64,000 nt of DNA, taken from the human T2T-CHM13v2.0 reference genome, Homo sapiens. The position numbers and the translations under genes are program-made. Below the pieces are notes generated by a model. The model was not told where the DNA came from. It saw nothing but the letters and a program-made list of their open reading frames with translations, and did no database searches. Positions 55,824 to 64,000 of the stretch are shown here, in pieces. The stretch is from assembly GCF_009914755.1 (NCBI RefSeq), contig NC_060930.1; one strand, given 5' to 3'. The stretch's first letter is position 1. Each line of letters begins with the position of its first letter.

Positions 55824-57899
55824 ACTGGTAGCTGTTAGGTGTTGGCATTTTCCAGCCCCTGCAAGGCTGAATTTGGGGGAGGTGTGTGAATACTGGTGGC
55901 CTTGGCCTAAGCAGGCAAAAGCTTCACCCTGAAAAGTAGCTTTGGTTAAATGTCAGAATTTATGTGGCAAAAAAATCTATTAAAAAGCATATATAAAGTA
56001 TAGCCCTTACCTTTCCTCTATGCAATTTTTTTTAATGTTTGAGTCTAAAGCTTTTCAAACACACCTGGAGAAACTGAATCAACACCAGCCTATCCTCCAC
56101 CAATGGGTTAAGTTCACAAAGATGGAAAGTTAGAGGAAACCTCATAAACTTAAAGAGTTACCATTGCTTCACAAGATAAAAAGAACTCTAGTTAAAGATA
56201 CTCTAAACAAACAACTCTAGCTTTGCAGTGATTTAGGGAACGTCTTGATGTCTTTTTCCTCATTGATTTTGGTGCATTAAATTTAAGTTGGCTGATAATC
56301 CTTGCACTCTTGAAAAAGCTAATGGTTAGTTTACAGCAATTTCTCTTAATGATTATCTTTCAGAAAGCATTTGAGTTATGAGAGAGAGTATCTAACTTAT
56401 CCTGCTGTTGATAAATAGAATTGGAAGACATATTCAAGGTGCTGCTGCAAAGACGCTTTCAGCAATTGCTGCAGCTCAGCCCATGGATGTTCAGTGAAAT
56501 AAATAACAGAAAGCAGTCTAAGAATTTGCAAGAGGAAGTGTTTTTATATTGCTTAGCAAAATCATCTCTATATTAAAACCACTTGTAAATTTAAACTGTG
56601 CCAGGGGAGGGAAGGTAAATGGGCTTACATAATCCAAGTAGCATAGGAAATATTAAATACTTCATGTTGTTAAAACAGGGTGACATCATTTCCAAGGTAC
56701 TTTTTTCTCCAGAAAATTGAAGGCTCCATCCGCAAGTAAGTAGTAGGAAGAATTATTTGCTGTGGGAGAAACTCTAACATACAGCTCTGCCTTACACTGA
56801 TTCTGCAGCTGGAAAACGAGAACTCCCCTGTATTATTTCATTTTTTCAAGCTGCAAAGCAAATAGGGGAACAGAGGTAAAGAAACTAAGAAAATTCTGAG
56901 AAGCCATGCTCTTCAAATGATGGAAGGTGCTGCCAAGAATCACATTAACTTACTACTTGATAAATACAAATTTAAGAAATAGGGATTCTTACAGATTCCT
57001 ACAATGACGAAAGGGATTTTACGCAGGATCAGAAAAAGGTAGAAGGAGGCAATATGCATCAAAACAGAACTAAAAATTGAAGACTCATTAGAAAAAAATA
57101 AAGGTTTATAGTCTAGCAAGGGAAGATCTTAAAAAGACTTATGTTATCTAGTAGAGTTTCCCAAAGGGCCAATCCAGGGATAGAAAATCATTAGGGGGAC
57201 CACAGATGAATCATGCATTTTACACTTTTCTGCCAAAATGGTGGTCAGTTTTTCAAAAGTTCTCAAATGCGTTGTTATTGCAATGCTTTCTAATTTTCTC
57301 CCCTTTACATTCCTCCTCAAATAAATCTGCATAGCCATCCTGAAATATTATTCATAAAATTAACACCACAGATGAGCAGATTGACAGAAGAGAGCCACAA
57401 GTAGTATTTGTTAGGGCACTGATGTCCCAGAGGACTGACTTGAAAGCTTGAAATGACTCTTTTGGTCATGATTATGTATAAGGAAGATCCGATTAGTACA
57501 TCACCTTTACTCCCCCCAGTTGTCTTTGGCCTTTCCCCAGTATTGCTTATGGTGACCAAGCATTTTTAAATGGTTCCCTAGCAAAGCAAAAGTCATCACT
57601 ATTCAGCAATACCACTTTTATTTGATAGCTTCCCCTCTTTGTTTTCTATATCCTAGTCCTTTATTTGTTTTTTTTTTTCTTTCTTTCTTATAACTTACTT
57701 AAGCTTCTACTTCCTTCTCACTCTCTTATTTCTGATGTCAGGAACATGCCGATTTGCCCTTTCTCCTGCTCATCTGCTCAGCTTATTATAAGCCCTGCCC
57801 TGGTTCTTCATATTTCTGTGTTTTCTTGGAAACACTTTATTCAAATATTTTCCTGTACATACACCACATTTTCTTTAATGTATGCTTTAAAAAAATTTT

Positions 57900-58590
57900 A
57901 TGAATGTAACTTTAATAACAAGGTAATACCCACAAATTAAAGAACATTCTAAAAAATATAAAAATGTAGAAACAAGAAAGATCACTCATGGTTCTTCAGA
58001 CAAAGGAATCGGTGTTAACATTATGATGTGCTCCTTTTAGATTTTTCCATGTAATATTTATGAAACTAAATATGATAATATAAATATGTTTTGATGTTCT
58101 TTGATGTCTAAATGTGATGTATAAGTATTTTAGATGTTTTTAATGGTTGTATAATATTCCACCGAGTGGATATATCTTACTTGAAAAACCATTCCCCAAT
58201 GGTAGATTATTAAGATTATTTTAAATTATTTTGCTACTGTAAGTAGGGCTAGGGAAAATATATTTGTTTACCAAGCTGAAGGAGAATGTGTTTTATCTTG
58301 TGTTTATTTCTTTTATTTAGGCTGGTTATTATTTCTTTAGCATAGATTCCTAGGAATCGAACTATAGTCCTTGTTAGTAGGGACAGTTTGCTTCCAAAAC
58401 AGTGGTTGAGTTGTATTTTCTGTCCAGTATTCATGAGAGGTGCTTTTCACTTTATTCTTGCAACATGACAGATTCTTATAAGAAAAGTTTGCTAATTTAA
58501 TATGTGTAAATGGTTTTTAACTTGATTATAACTGTTTATTTTATTCGTATGAGCGCGTATATGCTTGGGTATTTATTAGCCTTTATTCAT
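57900..58590 (-). mobile_element. L1ME-like fragment
   Basis: TTTTTAATGGTTGTATAATATTCCA...AACCATTCCCCAATGGTAGA...TAGATTCCTAGGAATCGAACT. Confidence 0.7.
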
Positions 58591-60459
58591 TAATTTTTTC
58601 GCCCCTTTCATCTTTCCTTTATCTTGTGCCCACACTGCGGATTTCCAGTGCTTATCCTTATTCGCTCCTGCTCACTTTTCCTCCCTCAAAGTTATTTTTG
58701 CATTTTCTTTTGTCTGGTGTCCAGTAACTTGTGGGGCAGTGGGAACCAAATTGCATTTTAAGATCTTTTTTATGAGATGTTCTCAGCAGGCATCTTCAAG
58801 GCCCCAAATTCTCTTTTTGTCCCCCACTGTGAAAAACTGATTGGCATCTGGTGATGGGCAGGGCACGGGTGCCTGGCGCTTGCAGGAAGCCCCACAGGAG
58901 GTGCACAGAGCCATGGTGGATGAAGTGTGGCCAAGCCAGCACAAGGTGGGGGACCAGATGTCGCCCGATTATGTTCCATTGAAATCCAAACAAAGCCCCA
59001 GATTCAGGATCATTTCCTTGAGACTCCCCAGTTGGAAATTGGCACTGAGCCAGAATCTCACAACAGCTGGTCTCCCCATGCTAGGATTTATGTGCCTTAC
59101 CAAAAACTTTACCTGCGTGTTATTGATTGGTTTCTGTAAAGCAATGAAACAATATTTTGAAGACCCAAAGCATACTGCTCTCTGCTGAAAATAAAAAGAC
59201 CATATATCACTGAACACACCAGCAAGTCTTATTATAGGCTTGAGAACTCTGAGAAGGATGCGTTTTCCTTTTTATTTATGCCACCCATGTTAACCTTGAG
59301 GCTGTGTACTGACATTTGCAGCTTCGCAATGACAACACTCCACTCTTGTTAGGAGACCAAGTCCACCCTTTGGAAATAAATTATATTATAAAATAAGCTT
59401 TCAAGGGATACCAGCAGATGAGAAATCATGCTTATGTTTCTCATCATCTAGTTTGTGTTGAGAAATCGGAGAGTCTTCCCAAAATCTCATTACTTGTTAT
59501 CATCCAGGTCATTTGCATTTATGTCCTTCTCCTTTCCTCCTGCAAAGGAAGATGAACTACAAGCCTGGCAGTTTCATTGTTGTGGATAACGAGGAGGAAA
59601 AACCTACAAACAAAAGCCACTCCATTCTGCCCCACCCTCAAAGATACTGAAGTTGGTTGTGCTGAGCCACAGGGGAAGATTGTAATTTAAAAACAAAAAC
59701 TAGCATTTCTTTGTTAAATAATCGTCATGAAAGCATTTATATTCATATTATACTTGGCTAAATATGTATTCCTGATGTGAATCCAGGAACTCTGTTTTAT
59801 GCATTGCCTTGATCCCTGGCTGCTGCTGCTATCTCAGTCACCTGATAATGTCTCAGTCTTTCTCTCATTCTCTTCCCTCTTCCCCTCTCTCTGCCCCTCT
59901 AGCTGCCTGGCGGTCCTCAACTCAGATTCTCAGACCTCACAGTGAGATTTTGGAGCTAACCCACTCCATTAGAAACAAACAAAATAAATTGTTTCCATTC
60001 CCCAAAGGAATGTGCTAAAGCCTTTTTCCTCTTTAACATGGATGCAATTTAAGTTTGGCAAGAGCTGAACACAATATACCTCACTAGGAGGAGAAAGATT
60101 TCTGAGACCCTGATAGAAAGAACTAAACACCCCCTCATCCTTCCTGTGAACTTAAAGTGACAAAAAGTAACCTGGTAATGCCTTCGGTATTCACAGTGTT
60201 TCTGCAAAATCCTCACTCATTCCCTCATTCCATAAACATGCATTAAGCACCTACTAACTGAAAACGCTGTGTGCACATTCCTTCCCAGCTGTTCCTTCAA
60301 GGTGCATTTCATTTCCTCAATCTCTAGCCCCTACCATGCCACAGGCATTCAAATGTCATTCAGTGGCATTTCTCTTCATTACTCTGATTTAGAATCCTGC
60401 TTATCTGTAGTGTTTCACAGGCGATGATTTGAAGGGCAATAAGAATAATATGGCCCATA

Positions 60460-60816
<357 letters not shown>

Positions 60817-60837
60817 TCAAGAATTAATCAGGGATAC

Positions 60838-61379
<542 letters not shown>

Positions 61380-63153
61380 TCAAAGAATATGCACATGAAT
61401 CAGAAAAGCGACCCAGTCCTTGTCAACGTCCTGCTTCTCTCTCTTTCTTTTCCCTTTCCTAATGCTCATCTCTTTGTAAAACATCTCCTCCTCATGGACT
61501 TAAAAGATTCAAACATCTTTGTTCAAATTCTGGAAGTCATGGTGCTTCCCCCAGACTGAGGTGATTGCCACTGAGGATCAGATCCCAGGTGAGTTGAGGG
61601 CAGAGGAAAGGGTCCTCTGAAGCCACGTTGGAGAAGGGCTTGTTAGACTTCCCTTTACTACAAGAACGCCTGCTATTCTTCATGCATCCTAGCTTTTCCT
61701 AGTCATTCTTTATTCCTTGATCATATTCACCCACTTACCAAAACACTTACTGGATTGATTTTTACTTTTAGTGTGTTCTACTTTCATAATCCATAAGCTG
61801 CCTATCCTCGTATAGCACAGCACACAGCTATTTTTATAATCCTCTACTCATTTGATTCCTAGCCCCAGTAATCCAGGAACTGGCCATTATATCTAGTTCA
61901 TGCAACCCATAAAGTTGCACATTCTGTACCTTTTGAATAGTCTTTCTCTCATCTTTTTCCCCTTCATCCTTTCTGATTCTTGAAGCTGAAAAGATTCTCA
62001 AGGCTCCAAGTTAGCCCTGCCCTCATCTTGGTTCCTTCTTCAGTGGCTACCAGATATCATAGACTTATGACTATCAAAGCAAGAGGAATATGGAGTCAGG
62101 GAGATACATTGGCTGGAGCAAGGGGTGGGCCTGAAGACAAAAGTTGATGAGCAGTTTTTGAAGGTCCAGTCTCTGTTCATGAGGGAGGCTCCTGGTGAAG
62201 AGATAGAAATGCCACTCATCACTGTGTACACTGGGGACTTTTCCGTTTACCTGAGATAGTCACAGAATGGAGACCTGCCTCCTAGGGGTCAACCAAAGTA
62301 GGTACGAGGAAGGATCTGCAGCTGGTTTAAGCTTTAAAAATGTGCCTCTACCCAGGATTAGGCTGCAGAGGCTGATGAAAATGTCAGGTTTCTTTGATTT
62401 GGCTGAACTCTGTGAGCACAATGTTGTAATACTGTTGATCTCATGCTGATCTGAAGCTGGCCAAAATATATATCCATGATGAATTATAATAAAAATAGGG
62501 AGGATTATGACTTGATATATAAAGTTTGGGAAATAAAGCCATTTAAAATATTGGTCTGTGGGTGAAAATGACAAAACATAGGGCCATAAGGAGGAATAAA
62601 ACCAAAGGTTGGTTGTGTGATCTACATGTGGAGCTCAGAGCATGTTTCTTCCTCCAGCCCCCTTCCCCGTTGCTCTGCCTCATGAGGGAATTAGCACTTG
62701 GTATTGTCTGTACGACTGGCATTGTTCCCTGAGCCTCGAGTCTACGGGGACCACAACTAGATGGTCTAACGTGTGCCTTATTCAGCTGAATAAGGTGTTG
62801 AATAGCTACAAATTGATAACAAGTTTTAAAGAGCATGAAGTGCCAACTATGCCCTGGCTAGTAAGAAAGCCAGTTATATGTCAAGGAGGCTTATTAGCTG
62901 TGCATGACCATATATAAAATTACAGGGGCTGACTATAGCACCAAAATTAGGTGGTGGTAAGGAATTTAATCATGTACTGACCAATTTCTTGTTTCATAAG
63001 AACACTAAGTCCCTGTAAGTGCCAATGTCAGCAGATTCATAACCCTGCAGCGCAATTTTGGATTGTCAGAATCTGTTAACTGTAGGTATGCCATCTATGG
63101 ATTTTAAAATCAGAGGTTCAGACTAGCTGTATTACTTGGTGTAGTGTTAACCA

Positions 63154-63603
63154 TGTTTGGTGGATGCCAGGATGTGCCACACAGGTCCCCTTTGGGGATT
63201 GGACTTACTTCCCCAGCAGGTGGGAGTGCCGTCAGTTTCAGCCCTCTGCTCTAAGCCCTCTCCAGAACTGCCCTTATGTGAAGACAGCAGCCTTACTAAG
63301 TTCAGACCCCCTTCCTGTGGCAGCCCTCATCCCATAACTGGTCCATGCTGGGGTATAAAGACCTGACCCACTTCCTCTATTAGGGGCAACTCTGAAGGGC
63401 AGGGCCTTCACAGCTTTGCAGCTCCTAGTAGGGTGGGCTCAGGCCCTTGTTCAGACTGCATTGCAAGGCCATACCTTCCTTACCTAGATCACACTTTCTT
63501 ACTTTCCCTGGACAGGTGTTGGTCCTAGAACACTTCCCTAATAAACTTCTGCATGCTGATTTCCATCTCAGAATCTGCCACACAGGGAACCTGACCAGCA
63601 ACA
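63154..63603 (+). mobile_element. LTR16-like ERVL solo LTR
   Basis: TATAAA at 63354, AATAAA at 63540, end CATCTCAGAATCTGCCACACAGGGAACCTGACCAGCAACA. Confidence 0.78.
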
Positions 63604-63689
63604 GTAGGACAATCTGGATGGCTTGAGTCAGAAGGTGATAAGTTAGAAATAAAGCACTGAAATTTAAAGGGCAAGCATGAGAATGACTC

Positions 63690-64000
63690 AAATGAAAAAG
63701 ACAGTATCAAGTGCTGGCAAGGATTCAGAATAAGTGGAACTCTCATACACTGCTGACGGGAGGGTCTATTGGTACAATCATTTGGAAAACTCTTTGACTC
63801 TGTCTGTTAAAGTTGAATATCTGTGATCATGTCCTATGAGCTAGCAGTTTCTCTCCTCAGTATATATGCCTAAGAAAAATGCACGCATGCCCACCAAAAG
63901 AAGAATACACACAAATGGGCATAGCAGCACTCTTGCCAAATGCACCAAACTGGAGAGAACCACAGTGTCATCAATAACAGAATGAATAAATACATCATAT
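63690..64000 (+). mobile_element. old L1M fragment (decayed ORF2 3' region), runs off the window
   Basis: CAAGTGCTGGCAAGGAT...GGAACTCTCATACACTGCTG...TTGGTACAATCATTTGGAAAAC. Confidence 0.85.

Noticed and set aside
63690-64000. L1 ORF2 as an active coding region
   Set aside because: Heavily decayed with no long ORF in the track; a fossil fragment.

Overview
This is primate (human or ape-like) non-coding genomic DNA, dated by an AluY-lineage element alongside AluS/J, THE1 and MST LTRs. I found no protein-coding gene, structural RNA gene, CpG island or CRISPR-like system. Many of the longer ORFs in the supplied track come from Alu or LTR sequence, and none of the rest resembles a protein family I recognise. 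The window is a mosaic of decayed transposons: 14 Alu-family SINEs, 13 solo LTRs, about 11 DNA-transposon relics (including three MER30), and many MIR, L2, L1 and L3 fragments. Many are nested and still show readable target-site duplications (TSDs). Repeat names come from my recall of consensus sequences, so subfamily labels need Dfam/RepeatMasker confirmation. I found no new biological system. The most unusual structure is a set of template-switch or templated-insertion scars: a multi-junction inversion inside an MSTB LTR (53.1-53.5 kb), a 91-bp inverted copy of a neighbouring MER33 inside an AT-rich hairpin patch (24.7-26.1 kb), and smaller scars at 17.7, 31.7 and 54.65 kb. Weaker leads are candidate minus-strand non-coding exons and several transcription-factor motif clusters.
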